From the human T2T-CHM13v2.0 reference genome, Homo sapiens: a stretch of DNA of 64,000 nt. The notes beneath the pieces were generated by a model that did not search any database, was not told where the DNA came from, and was given only the letters and a program-made list of their open reading frames with translations. The stretch lies in assembly GCF_009914755.1 (NCBI RefSeq), contig NC_060927.1, one strand, 5' to 3'. Below are positions 39,784 to 53,128 of the stretch, piece after piece. Position 1 is the first letter of the stretch; each line of letters starts with the position of its first letter. The position numbers and the translations under genes were made by a program.

Positions 39784-41044
39784 GTTGAGCCAATTCTTTC
39801 TGTAAGTTCATCTTCTCCTTCAGCTTTAGGAGATTTTCTTGATTTGTTTCTTTAATATTGTTCTCTCTAATGCTTTTCTCCTCTCTGTTTCTGGGGCTCC
39901 TATAACTCATATGTTGAAATCTTCTACAATGATGCTCTAATTTTCATATTATTTACTCCCTCTTTTTACCTTCCCTCTTTCCTTTTTTTTTTTCCACTCA
40001 TTTCTTTAGTTTTATCTTAGACCACCAGCACTTAACAATGAACACTTCAGTCACCCCATACTAAATTCCACTTAACTCCGTGCTCTTTGACCTCTAGGCC
40101 TTCAACGGGCCTCCCTTCTGCCTGAAACGCTCTCTGCTGCTCCTGCAACTACATCTGGATAATGCCTACTCAACTTTGGGTTTTATTTTTCCGAGATAAT
40201 CCCTTGAGTGGTAGGCATGTTCTCCCTGAGAATATTTGCTATTACTCTTGCTTTTTCCAGGTGTCATCATCAGCCCTATAGCCATATGTATGAAATGTTT
40301 TGACTTGGCGGTTTCCAAACCAATAGATATTAGTTCAAATACAATCTTGAGCAACTTATAGGCTCAGAATTTTTATTTCTAAATAAATTCCTTCTCACTA
40401 GATGTTAAAACCAGAGGGGCAACCTCCTTCTCTTTTATTTGTGTGATATATTTTATTATAGGTCTTCCTTCCACCAACAGTGTAGGTCCTCACCAAGGGA
40501 CCCAAGCTTTACAAAGGGTCTTACTTCAAGTTCCCCACCTACTCCAGGCCAAAGCCTTATCTTCTGTCACTATGGAAAAAATGAAACCTGAGCTTTTAAA
40601 TTACTAGGATAATAAAACTCCACCTCAATGTTTATGCATTTACAAAAATTTGGTTACATTTACTAAACTATTCTAAAGTTTTTAATAATCTTTCCAGAAA
40701 CAGAAATCTAGGATAATAATTTCAACTGGAAAAAAATGTTTATTTCAAGATAATTGAGGTTTCTGATTCAACAAACACCAACATTGACAATGTTGGACCA
40801 ACAATGTCTTAGTCTGATTACATGTCATCTCATTTAATATTCATAAATATATCTATGATATATAGGGACAGCTCTATTACTCAGTAGTATTACTATTACT
40901 CAATACTATTACTCAAGCAAAAGAGCTGAACCTTACGGTTAAACTCTAAAGTCTACCTGATAATTAAAATCAAGTCTACTGATTGCAAGTTGAGTCCATG
41001 ATATCACACTTGCAAAAGCGTACATTTAATTACAACAAAAATAA

Positions 41045-41285
41045 CAGCTTATATTTAGTGAGCATTTACTGTGTGCCAGATCATTCACATGCACCCTTCA
41101 ATATTTTCCAAAACATTCTTATGATATAGCATTCTTATAAAATATAATTCTTTGAATTTTATGTATGAGGATATTTTATCTATTGGAGAAGAAACTTGTT
41201 TCAGTTCATACAATAGTATGTGGTTGAGACTTTATCTGAATCCATCATGTTTGAATTTGTGCTTTTAAATACTACTGTATTGACT
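41045..41285 (-). mobile_element. MIR
   Basis: atatttagtgagcatttactgtgtgccag...gaatttgtgcttttaaatactactgtattg. Confidence 0.6.
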
Positions 41286-41305
41286 TCTCAAACTGTCAAT
41301 ACTGG

Positions 41306-44300
41306 TTTTTTTTATTTTTTTTATTTCCATATGTTATTGGGGAACAGGTGGTATTTGGTTACATGAGTAAGTTCTTTAGTGGTGATTTATGAGATTTTGG
41401 TGCACCCATCACCCTAGCAGCATACACTGCACCCTATTTGTAGTCTTTTATCTCTCACTCCCTTCCCAGCCTTTCCTCCTGAGTCCCCAAGGTCCATTGT
41501 GTCATTCTTATGCCTTCGTATCCTCATAGCTTAGCTACCCCTTATGAGTGAGAACATAAGATGTTTTGTTTTTCATTCCTGAGTTACTTCACTTAGAATA
41601 ATAGTGTCCAGTCTCATCCAGGTTGCTGCGAATGCCATTAATTCATTCCTTTTTATGGCTGAGTAGTATTCCATCGTATATATACACCACAGTTTCTTTA
41701 TCTACTCATTGACTGATGGGCATTTGGGTTGGTTCCGTGTTTTTGCAATTACAAATTGTACTGCTATACACATGTGTGTCCAAGTATCTTTTTCATAAAT
41801 GACTTCATATCATCTAGGTAGATACTGAGTAGTGGGATTGCTGGATTGAATGGTAGTTCTACTTTTAGTTCTTTAAGGAATCTACACACTGTTTTCCATA
41901 GTGGTTGTACTAGTTTACATTCCTACCAGCAGTGTAGAAGTGGTCCCTGTTCGCCGCGTCCGTGTCAACATCTACTATTTTTTTATTTTTTTGATTATGG
42001 CCATTCTTGCAGGAGTAAGGTGGTATCACGTTGTGGTTTTGATTTGCATTTCCCTGATCATTAGTGATTTTGAGCATTTTTCTATATGTTTGTTGGCCAT
42101 TTGTGTATCTTCTTGTGAGAATTGTCTATTTATGTCTTAGCCCACTTTTTGATGGGATTGTTCGTTTTATTCTTGTTGATTTGTTTGAGTTCATTGTAGA
42201 TTCTGGATATTAGTCCTTTGTCAGATGTATACGTTGTGAGATTTTGTTTCCCCACTTTGTGGGTTGTCTGTTTACTCTGCTGACTCTTTCTTTTGCCATG
42301 CAAAAGCTCTTTAAGTCCCATCTATTTACCTTTGTTTTTATTGCATTTGCTTTTGGGTTCTTGGTTATAAAATCCTTGCCTAAGCCAATGCCTAGAAGGG
42401 TTTTTCCAATGTTATCTTCTAGAATTTTTATAGTTTCAGGTCTCAGATTTAAGGTCTTAATCCATCTTGAGTTGATTTTTGTGTAAGGTGAGAGATGAGG
42501 ATCCAGTTTCATTCTCCTACATGTGGCTAACCAATTATCCCAGCACCATTTATTAAAAAGGGTGTCCTTTCCCCCACTTTATGTTTTTGTTTGCCTTGTC
42601 AAAGATCAGTTGGCTGTAAGTATTTGGGTTTATTGCTGGGTTCTCTATTTTGTTCCATTTGTCTAAGTGCCTATTTTTACACCGGTACCACGCTGTTTTG
42701 GTGACAATGGCCTTATAGTACAGTTTGAAATCAGGTAATGTGATTCCTCCAGATTTGTTCTTTTTGCTTAGTCTTGCTTTGGCTATGCAGGCTCTTTTTG
42801 GTTCCATATGAATTTTAGAATAGTTTTGTTTAATTCTGCGAAGAATGACGGTGGTATTTTAATGGGAATTGCATTGAATTTGTGCATTGCTTTTGACAGC
42901 ATGGTCATTTTCACAATATTGAGTCTACCCATCCATGAGCATGGGATGTGTTTCCATTTGTTTTTGTCATCTATGATTTCTTTCAGCAGTGTTTGGTAGT
43001 TTTCTTTGTAGAGGTCTTTTACCTCCTTGGTTAGGTATATTTCTAAGTTTTTTGTTTTGTTTTGTTTTGGTGTTTTGGTTTTGTTTGTTTGTTTTTGCAG
43101 CTATTGGAAAGGGGTTGAGTTCTTTATTTGATTCTCAGTTTGGTCACTGTTAGTGTATATAAGAGCTACTGATTTGTGTACATTAATTTTATATCTGGAA
43201 ACTTTGCTGAATTCTTTTATCAGTTCTAGGAGCTTTCTGGAGAAGTCTTTAGGGTTTTCTAGGTAAATGATCATATCATCAGCAAACAGCAACAGTTTGA
43301 CTTCCTCTTTACCAATTTGGATGCCCTTTATTTCTTTCTCTTGTCTGATTTTTCTGGCTAGGATTTACAGTACTATGTTTAAGAAGAGTGGTGAGAGTGG
43401 GCATCCTTGTCTTGTTCCAGTTCTCAGAGTGAATGCTTTCAACTTTTCCCCATTCAGTATCATGTTGGCTGTGAGTTTGTCATAGACGGCTTTTATTAGA
43501 TTGAGGCATGTTCCTTGTAGGCCGATTTTGCTGAGAGTTTTAATCATAAAGGGGTGCTGGATTTTGTCAAATGCTTTTTCTGCATCTATTGAGATAATCA
43601 TGTTATTTTTGTTTTTAATTCTGTTTATGTGGTGTATCACATTTATTGACTTGTGTATGTTAAACCCTCCCTGCATCCTTGTTATGAAATCCACTTGATC
43701 ATGGTGGATTATCTTTTTTATATGTTGTTGGATACAGTTAGCTAGTATTTTTTATTAGGGATTTTAGCATCTATGTTCATGAGGGATATCAGACTGCAGT
43801 TTTCTTTTTTGGTTATGTCCTTTCCTGGTTTTGATATTAGGATGATACTGGCTTCATAGAATGATTTAGAGAGGTTTCCCTCTTTCTCTATCTTGTGGAA
43901 TAGTGTCAATAGGATTGGTACCAATTCTTCTTTGAATGTCTAGTAGAATTCTGTTGTGAATCATCTGGTCCCGGACTTTTTTGCTGGTAATTTTTAAATT
44001 ACCATTTCAATCTCACTGCTTGTTATTGGTCTGTTCAGGGTATCTAATTCTTCCTAATTTAAGCTAGGAGGGTTGTATCTTTCCAGGAATTTACACATCT
44101 CTTCTAGGTTTTCTAGTTTATGTATGTAAATGTGTTCATAGTAGCCTTGAATGATCTTTTGTATTTCTGTGGTGTCAGTTGTAATGCCTCCTGTTTTATT
44201 TCTTATTGAGCATATTTGGATTTGCTCTCTTTTTTTCTTGGTTAATCTTGCTAATGTTCTATCAATTTTGTTTATCTTTTCAAAGAACCAGCTTTTTGTT

Positions 44301-46933
44301 TCACTTATCTTTTGTATTGTTTTTTGTTTGTTTATTTCAATTTCACTTAGTTCTGCTCTGATCTTGGTTATTTCCTTTCTTCTGCTGGTTTTGGGTTTGA
44401 TTTGTTCTTGTTTCTCTAGTTCCTTGAAGTGTGACCTTAGATTGTCTGTCTGTGCTCTTTCAGACTTTTTGATGTAGGCATTTAGGGCTCTGAACTTTCT
44501 TCTTAGCACCGCCTTTGTTTTATCCCAGAAGTTTTGATAGGTCGTGTCACAACTGTCATTCAGTTCGAAGAATTTTTACATTTCTGTCTCCATTCCATTT
44601 TTGACCCAGTGATCATTCAGGAGCAGATTATTTAATTTCCATGTATTTACATGGTTTGGAAGGTTTGTTTTGGAGTTGATTTCCAGTTTTATTCCACTGT
44701 GATCTGAGAGAGTGCTTGATATAATTTCAATTTTCTTAAGTTAATTGAGGCTCGTTTTGTGGCCTATCGTGTTCTATCTTGGAGCATGTTCCATGTGCTA
44801 TTGAATAGGATGTATATTCTGTGGTTGTTGGATGGAATGTTCTGTATATATCTGTTAAGTCCATTTGTTCCAGAATATAGTTTAAATCCATTATTTCTCT
44901 GTTGACTTTCTGTTTTGATGACCTGTCTAGTGCTGTCAGTGGAGTTTTGGAGTCTCCCATTATTATTGTGTTACTGTCTATCTCATTTCTGAGGTCTATT
45001 AGTAATTGTTTTATAAATTTGGGAACTCCAGGGTTAGGTGCATATATGCTTAGGATTGTGATTTTTTTCTTGGACAAGGCCTTTTATCAATATATAATGT
45101 CCCTCTTTGTCTTTTTTAACTGCTGTTGCTTCAAAGTTTGTTTTGTCTAATATAAGAATAGCTACTCCTGCTTGCTTTTGGTGTCCATTTGCATGAAATG
45201 TCTTTTTCCACCCCTTAACCTTAAGTTTGTGTGAGTCCTTGTGTATTAGGTGAGTCTCTTGAAGGCAGCAGATAGTTGGTTGGTGAACTCTTATTCATTC
45301 TGCAGTCCTGTATCTTTTAAGTGGAGCATTTAGACCATTTACATTCAATGTTAATATTGAGATGTGAGGTACTATTCCACTCATCATGCTATTTGTTGCC
45401 TGTATGCCTTTTTTTGTTTTTGTTTTTTAAATGGTATTTTTGTTTTATAGGTCCTGTGAGATTTATGCTTTAAAGAGGTTCTGTTTTAATGTGTTTCCAG
45501 GATTTGTTTCAAGATTTAGAGCTCCTTTTTATAGTTCTTGTAGTGGTGGTTCAGTAGTGGCGAATTCTCTTAGTATTTGTTAGTCTGAAAAAGACTATTT
45601 TTTCTTCATATATAAAGCTTAGTTTCACTAGATACAAAATTCTTGGCTGATAATTGTTTTGTTTGAGGAGGCTGAAAATAGGGCCCCAATCCCTTCTAGC
45701 TTGTAGGGTTTCTGCTGAGAAATCTGCTGTTAATCTGATAGGTTTTCCTTTATAGGTTATCTGGTGCTTTTGTCTCACAGCTCTTAAGATTCTTTCCTTT
45801 GTTTTGACCTTAGATAACCTGATGACGATGTGCCTAGGTGATGATCTTTTGCACTGAATTTCTCGGGTGTTCATTGTGCTTCTTGTGTTTGGATGTTTAG
45901 GTCTCTAGCAAGGTCAGGGAAGTTTTCCTCAATTATTCCCCCAAATATGTTTTCCAAACTTTTGATTTCTCTTCTTCCTCAGGAACACAGATTATTTTTA
46001 GGTTTGATCATTTAACACAATCCCAGACTTCTTGTAGGCTTTGTTGATATTTTCTTATTCTTTTTTGTCTTTGTTGGATTGGGTTCAAAGACTTTGTCTT
46101 TGAGCTCTGAATTTCTTTTTTCTATTTGTTCAATTCTATTGCTGAGACTTTCCAGGACATTTTGCATTTCTATAAATGTGTCCATTGATTCCTGAAGTTT
46201 TGGTTGTTTTTTTCATTTATGCTATCTATTTCCTTGAATATTTCTCCCTTCATTTCTTGTATTCTTTTTTGGATTTTCTTACATTGGGCTTCGCCTTTCT
46301 CTGATGCCTCACTGATTAGCTTAATAACTAACCTCTTGAATTCTTTTTCAGGTAAATCAGGGATTTCTCCTGGGTTTGGGTCCATTGCTGGTGAGCTAGT
46401 GTGATTTTTTGGGGGTGTTAACAAACCTTATTTTGTCATATTACCAGAGTTGGTTTTCTGATTCCTTCTCATTTGGGTAGTCTCTGTCAGAGGAAAGGTC
46501 TAGGGCTGAAGGCTGTTCACATTCTTTTGTCCCACAGGGTGGTCCCTTGATGTAGTACTGTCCCCCTTTTCCTATAGATGTGGCTTCCTGAGAGCCGAGC
46601 TGCAGTGATTGTTGTATCTCTTCTGGATCTAGCCACCCAGCAGCCTACCAGGCCCCAGGCTGGTACTGGGGGTTGTCTGCGCAGAGTCCTGTGATGTGAC
46701 CCATCTGTGGGCCTCTCAGCTGTGGATACCAACACAGTATTTGGGGTGTCTCCTGGGTCCTGCAGGAACAATCCACTTCCTTCAGGGGGTCTGTGGGTCC
46801 TCTCAGGTTTTCTGATTTATTCCTGCAGACAGTCTGGAGCAAAAGTTCATGATGTGAACCTCCACACGCTGCTACGTCTGTCCACTCAGAGCTGTAATAT
46901 AGTCCTGTCTCCCATCTGTCCTGATCCACTTGT
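41306..46933 (-). mobile_element. Near full-length L1PB1 (L1PBa-type 5' end), disrupted ORF1/ORF2, shortened 5'UTR
   Basis: L1PB1 3' end (gtatttggttacatgagtaagttctttagtggtgattt); ORF2 pieces incl. [29 protein letters not shown]; ORF1 pieces RSSPRHIVIRLSKVK; imperfect TSD ctgtcaatactggt/ctattaatactgct. Confidence 0.95.
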
Positions 46934-47574
46934 CTATTAATACTGCTATTTTTAATTTGTGAATTTACTAGAGTCAGCTATTAACACAAACAGAATTCTT
47001 TAACTTGACATGAAACTATTTTCTGACAACTTTTGCTGAATAGTATAGGAAGATGTAATTCAACATGATTAAATGCTTACTATATTACTATGCTCAAGTG
47101 TTGCCATTTTCTTATTTCTGATTCAGCCATATTATTGTGTTATGACAAGTGAGTGAGGAGGTGACTGTAGGAAGGGGTGGTTAGAAAGTTTATAAACAAA
47201 GAGTTTATCAAAGGTTTTGTTATTTTTATTCAATCAATCCCTATGTGAACTTAAATATGGAACACATAAGATACTTTATGTAGCTCAAAGTTTCTAACAG
47301 AATAAGAAATTCAGAGTAGATATTAAAGGATTATCAATAAACATATAAGTGGAAGACTATCAGAGTTACATGTGAAAAATTAGATACTAGTTGCCTGATA
47401 GTGTCACTGCTTTGACAAAAACAACATTTTGGGGGATTTCTGGACAATAGGTAGAACCACCACAAGTCTGTGCCTTTGTCAAAGAACTGATAAAAGTATT
47501 GAAGGGGCAATGAAATCAATGATCTAACATGAACAGAAAATGTGACTTTATAAAATCCAGAATGGCAGCCAGTA

Positions 47575-47750
47575 CATTAAGCATAATGAGGACAATGCAG
47601 GATTTGGGGCCAGACAGACCTGGACTTGAAGTTAGTCTCTATCATTTGGTAAGTTTGTGAGATTCTCTTGGCTCATTCTTTAAATGAAGATCATGGAATC
47701 TATCCTGTTAGGTTTAGGCTGTTAAAGACGAACAATTTTAAAAGCCTATG
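47575..47750 (+). mobile_element. MIR
   Basis: ggatttggggccagacagacctggacttgaagttagtctct. Confidence 0.65.
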
Positions 47751-48559
47751 ATCCAATTTGAACTTGAGAAATGGGAATTACTACATTATTATTGTTTTAT
47801 ATAGAGATAAATATGAATGAAAAATGCTTTTCTGGGTTCTGGGTCACTGTTTTTGAGATTCAGGATTATTTTCCCCTGGCTAAAAAGCACAGCTTCTGCA
47901 GCAATCTGACTTGGCAGGCATTACAATGTACAGAAGGAGAAACAAAACCCCACTCAAAAGGCTTTCTTCAGTCTAAAAATAAATGTTCCCTTACCTGGCC
48001 ATTGCTTTGTCTCTAGCCTATTTGAGAATCCCTGCCTCTTGCTCTGTGTGGCATGCTGCACCTGCTCTGTGCTCCTGTTCAATCATCAGGGACTAAAAAC
48101 AGGAAAAGGTCTCCTCTTTAATATGATTTCCAGGTGTGCTCAAAAAACTTGGCTGCATCAGGAGCCAAAATTCTTCCCATTGATCAAGCAAGACAACTCT
48201 CATTATCTGCTGTCTAAATTGAAATTATGTCATGGCATAAGTTATATGGAATATTGATGGGGAATAAGAGGATGAAGAGGTGATAACTTAAAAAAGCTTT
48301 GACAATACCTATTTTGATTATATCACATGAAAATATGAGCCCCAAAGAAACATGTATTGAACATATATTGAGTTTTGACAATGAACAGGCCTTGAGGCTC
48401 CACTAAGTGCAAGACCCTGTGCCAAAGATGTTGATATTAGGCACCCATGGAAAGATGACTAATGATGCAAGATAATGGAATACAGGAAGTGCCTTGTGAG
48501 TCTACATTCAAGAAAAACAATGGGAGGAAGTTCTGTCTGAGCTGATTATCATAATTTCA

Positions 48560-48740
48560 CATGCTATATTGTGAAAGTTGTACGTTGCACGTGGTTCCCT
48601 AGCCAAGGAGACAAGTGGGTTGATAATTCACCCTGTACTTGCTCACCAATCAGGACACTCTAACTCAGGGCTGAGTTTACCTAGAGGAAGAGAAGCTTTC
48701 CTCTAAGTCTCACAAGGAGCCACACTGGCAAATTGGGTAT
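48560..48740. mobile_element. MER91A-like hAT MITE
   Basis: gttgtacgttgcacgtgg...ctagccaaggagacaagtggg...cctagaggaagagaagctttcctctaag. Confidence 0.55.
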
Positions 48741-49839
48741 CCATTTCATTGGCTCTCTCATTCATTGACCAATATTTATTGTATTTCTGTATCATCACTA
48801 ACCTAGATCCCTTCCCTATCTTTGATAAACCAACAGGCCCATGATCAGGAAGTTCTGTAGAAGGGACTGGCCTCCCATCTAAGGAGCTTCTTCATTTAAT
48901 GTGTCCTAATCATTCTCTCTCTCCTTGAGGGACACACACTTATTTATGTAACATCTCCATCAAATAAATAATTGGAAATAGAGAAAACATTGTGTAACAG
49001 CAATTCCCTACTATGTAGCTCTTTATTGTGTACATAGAAGGTTCATAAACTGCCTTTTTGATCCTCACAACAATTAGTGGGAAGGCCAGGATGAGTATCT
49101 ACATCCCATTTGACAGTGACTGAGGCTCTGAAGATAATTCTAGGTCCCAGATATAGGTAGGCTCAAGGATGTCTATTGCACATACATCTTGGCAATTAAA
49201 ACAATGGTTTTCCTGTTTTATAACACAATTTTGACACATTTATAAATGGCTGATTCAAAAATGTCTCCCAGATCAGAATAACCTCAACAAATCAGTCAAG
49301 GTAAAATGGCCTTTGACATCACTCACATCCCCATACATGAAATTTAGCAAGTAAAATCTTTACACAGATTTTTAATCAGATTAGCAGATGAATTAAAAGA
49401 TGATGTATAAAACAGATTAAAACATTAGAATTAAAATGTTTATTGTCAATACAAAATTTGATCAGTACTGATCTGTTTTCAGATCCGTCTTATCTGGGGA
49501 GAGGTAAGACTGATGTGAAAATTCCAAAATGATTCTTCCAAATTAAATAATTCATCTTTGTCAGCTCTTAATCCAGCTGATGTCAGCAGGTAACAGTCTG
49601 CACAATGAACTTTTTTTCCCACAGTGCCATGGCACACCCATGGCGGGATTCATTACTGACACTCTCAGCCTGAACACTAATCCCGTGAAGCTTCTGACCA
49701 GCTCTCAGTTCTGTTTCTCCAATACCCTGAGAGATTTCACAGTCTAATTAGTCTTGAACATGAATGTGAATAAAGAATAGCCTTTGGTGGCCTGGCCAGC
49801 TCTTACCTCTTCTCCTTGCTCTCCACATTGTCTTACTGT

Positions 49840-50380
49840 CTGATGTTACCAGATTCGTCTTCTCAAAGCATGATACATGGTTTTCATATTAACTCTCAGG
49901 TTCAAAACTTCCATGACCTTATTGCCAATTGCCTATAATTAAAGAGAAAAGTCCTTAGCTTGGAATTTAAGCCCTCCACAGTGTGATTCCAACCTCCATT
50001 TCTGTCCATTTTTCTCGCTAGTTCCTTCACAAATACACAACTACTCTGTTATTTATGCACATACCCATGCCCCTGCTAATAGAAGTGTACACATCTTAAA
50101 TACTCTCTTCTTTCTCACAATTGCATGTACAAAGTCTACTAGTGTTGCACCTAAATGATATCTCCACAAAAACTTTCACTGATTCCTTCTAGCTGGGAAT
50201 AATCACACGTACCTCTGAATTTTAATGTGTTCTAAGTGTTCCCATCTTAAGTATCTTTTGCTTTTTGCTTTGTATTATATACTTCAGAATAAAACCTTTC
50301 TGAGGGTAGGGGGTCTGTCATACTTCATTCCTTTGACGTATTACCTGATATTTATAAATTTTTCACAACAAATTGGTAAA
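49840..50380 (+). mobile_element. L2 3' region
   Basis: tcaaaacttccatgaccttattg...aaaagtccttagcttggaatttaagccctccac...tttctgagggtagggg. Confidence 0.6.
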
Positions 50381-51384
50381 TACAGTCATAACTACTCCGC
50401 ATTTTGCCTTACTCCTCATTGTAACAGAATAATTATCACTCTAGGGTCCCGGGCAAGTAGAATCTATCTAGCACTCCCAGTTATTACTGATTCCACTTCT
50501 CAGTGGAAAACCATTTAAGTTAACAATTTATCTGAATGCACACACGGAGGGGCCATCAGCGCTTCCAGCTATGGCTGAAAGATCTAGGGAAAGTTTTTTT
50601 CCTTGGCAGCTGTAAGGAAGGGACATTGTTGATTGAGCTAGGAAAGCAAGAGCTTCACTAAGAGAATATTCATATGCTCTGCCATAATGAATTTGTGCAG
50701 TTCATTGCATTTTTCAGTCATAAAAATAACATTTTATTTTGTAATTTGCATACTAAATTTGGACTCTATTTGTACACTGTTTACAAGGTAAAAAGCAAGC
50801 ATACTAACTAACAATTGCTGTGTCCTGGGCAAGTATATCAAAGTGGATCTGGATACAAAAAAACAGGTGGAACATGTAACAGGATGGTATGGGGATGCTC
50901 CAGTGGAGACCCAGGTTCCGGCTTCTCATCTCAGCAGGACAGATGTGTGACACTCACTGCCAAAGACCAACCCAAGGTAGAAAAGTTCAGAAATCAAAGC
51001 TCCTGGGGCAGCAAGGTAGAGTTTAAAAGAAATAACTGTGAGAATAAATGATTTTGGTTATGAGGGGACCTGGCTGTTGATAGTCTCTCACCAATCTAAT
51101 ATGTGACTTGGTCATCATGAGTCATATTATTTGTGGCCATGTGTAACCTTCACTTCCCATGCCAGAGCTATGCAGTGTGTCACCTGTGAAATGTAGAACA
51201 CACTCAGCCATCCTTGGCAAATGGTATTTTCTATTGAATTGTAATCCAAGGAGGCTTAGAAATTCTGCCTGGTGCTTTTTCCTCCTTCTCTTCTCATTTG
51301 AGGGAATGACATTTTTAGTGAAGAATCTCTGCTGACTGTCTGTTGTTTAAGAAGGCTGAGATTACCTTTCTCTGAATATCTGCT

Positions 51385-51520
51385 ATCTAATAATCACTTT
51401 GGGAAGTAGGTTGTTTCATCCCCATTATACAGATGAAAAACAGCTCAAAGAGCTGAATCCCTGGCTCAGGGACCTTCAGGTGGTAACTGGCAGAGCTAGG
51501 ATCTGAGTCTGGGCAGGTTT
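51385..51520 (-). mobile_element. MIR
   Basis: catccccattatacagatgaaaaacagctcaaagag...ggcagagctaggatctgagtctgggcag. Confidence 0.7.
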
Positions 51521-51642
51521 GTATAGTTCCCTTGGCTAAACTTGCCCCAGTACCCAACCCTACCTCTCTCCAGTGATTGGTGAGCTCTCTGGAGCCCTAC
51601 TTCCTGCAGATGAAACACTGGCATGATCATACCGTTTTAGTG

Positions 51643-51748
51643 TAGTTACAAGATTAAGCAAATAAAAATACAGACAAATAACAAATAACGTTTAGTATAA
51701 CTGTGTCATAAGCAGTATTTGTGTCCTGTATTTTGTCTGGAAAGCCTA
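51643..51748. mobile_element. Internally deleted MER53-like MITE
   Basis: agattaagcaaataaaaatacagac...gtcctgtattttgtctggaaagcc inverted termini. Confidence 0.6.
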
Positions 51749-52659
51749 TTTTAAGGAGGATCTTTGTTAAATTACCTTATTCACTGTATCCCCAGAAGAC
51801 ATCCTGGCTCTCTATTTTAGATGGAGCTAAAAAGATACTTCTGTTGATTTATTCCTTAAGGGAAATGACCAGAGCTGAATAATTTCTGAACCCACTATTA
51901 GTGCTTGGCATGAAACTTTTTATATCTAGAAGTAGCAGACAAATAAGCATTGAATAAATTTCCTAAAGTTAAGATAGACAACCTTATTTACATATTGTAA
52001 AATCACTCATAATGATGTTTAGATCAGCAAGATAGTGTATTAGTAATGGGTAAGAAAAAACAGAAGTAAAAGGAAAGGGTAATAATGCAAATGAGGTTGG
52101 AACAATTAATATAAAAATCCAAATCATGAAGATTTGCTGTATATGGATAACAGAGAAGCATATGGTTCTACCACAAGCTCTTTTGGGCACCTTGCCTATT
52201 TCTCAACCTAGATATGTGAACAGTTGTAAGTCAGAAATATCCTGGCACCCCCTTGTTTCCCCACTGCCAGGGCTGCAGACTTAGTCCTGACCAGGCTTAG
52301 GGACAAGTCTGACTTGGGAAGGCACCTGAAAAGCCCAGTTTCATTTTCTGGTAACTCAGCCTCACCCCAGCGGGCTGCTGCCCTAGATGTGGACATTTTA
52401 TCCTGGTTTTGACATCATAGAAAGTACTCATGGTCTACTAAGAGAGAGACACTTGAACTCATTCTCAATAGCCCCATTAGGGACTAGATTCTCTTCTGGA
52501 ACCCAGTGGGTAGCACCTAGCTCCCTTCTCCAACATGTCTTTGTTTCACTTAACAGCCTGGACATCATCATGTTGCTTTCTGTACTTCTGTTTCCTTCCT
52601 CAGGTTATGAGTTAAGATATTTTATCACCCCCTTTGAGTAACACTCTTTAGTAGATAAT

Positions 52660-53128
52660 AACTTTGCTCCACCTAGATCTGTTTGGATCCCCTTTTGCCA
52701 TTTTTATATGTACACACACCATTCAATATCCCTTTGCTTTCAATTGATGTAACATCCATTTCAAAGAGAACTGTCTGCAGACTTTCGTAGCCCCATCAAC
52801 TCACAGCAAGAAAAGGCAGAGTATCTAGGAATTTACATTCTCCCCCTATCTTGGGCAGCCTACCAGGATTAGGAATATGTAAACCCAATCTCCTATTCCT
52901 TGGGGTTTCCTTGCAGCATAACCTCATGGTGGCATAGCTTACACTTCACTTCAGAGTTTCTCTGTGGGATGAGGCTAAAAACTACCTTCTGTGGGACTTT
53001 GCTTGGCTTCCTTCCTTTCCTTGTTTCCTCCACTCTTTTACTGGTTCCCTCTAAAAGTACTCCCTTAATAAAACATTGCATATAAATCCTTGCTTAGGTT
53101 CTACTTCTAGAAAACCCAACTTAAGGCA
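52660..53128 (+). mobile_element. LTR16-family LTR
   Basis: cttaataaaacattgcatataaatccttgcttaggttctacttctagaaaacccaacttaaggca is an LTR16-like 3' end. Confidence 0.65.

Noticed and set aside
40875-40916. Short repeated tattactca units resembling an array
   Set aside because: Slippage-type micro-duplication without spacers; not CRISPR-like
41846-46424. Reverse transcriptase/endonuclease ORF cluster as a novel retro-system
   Set aside because: Ordinary fragmented L1PB ORF1/ORF2; the plus-strand ORFs are antisense shadows
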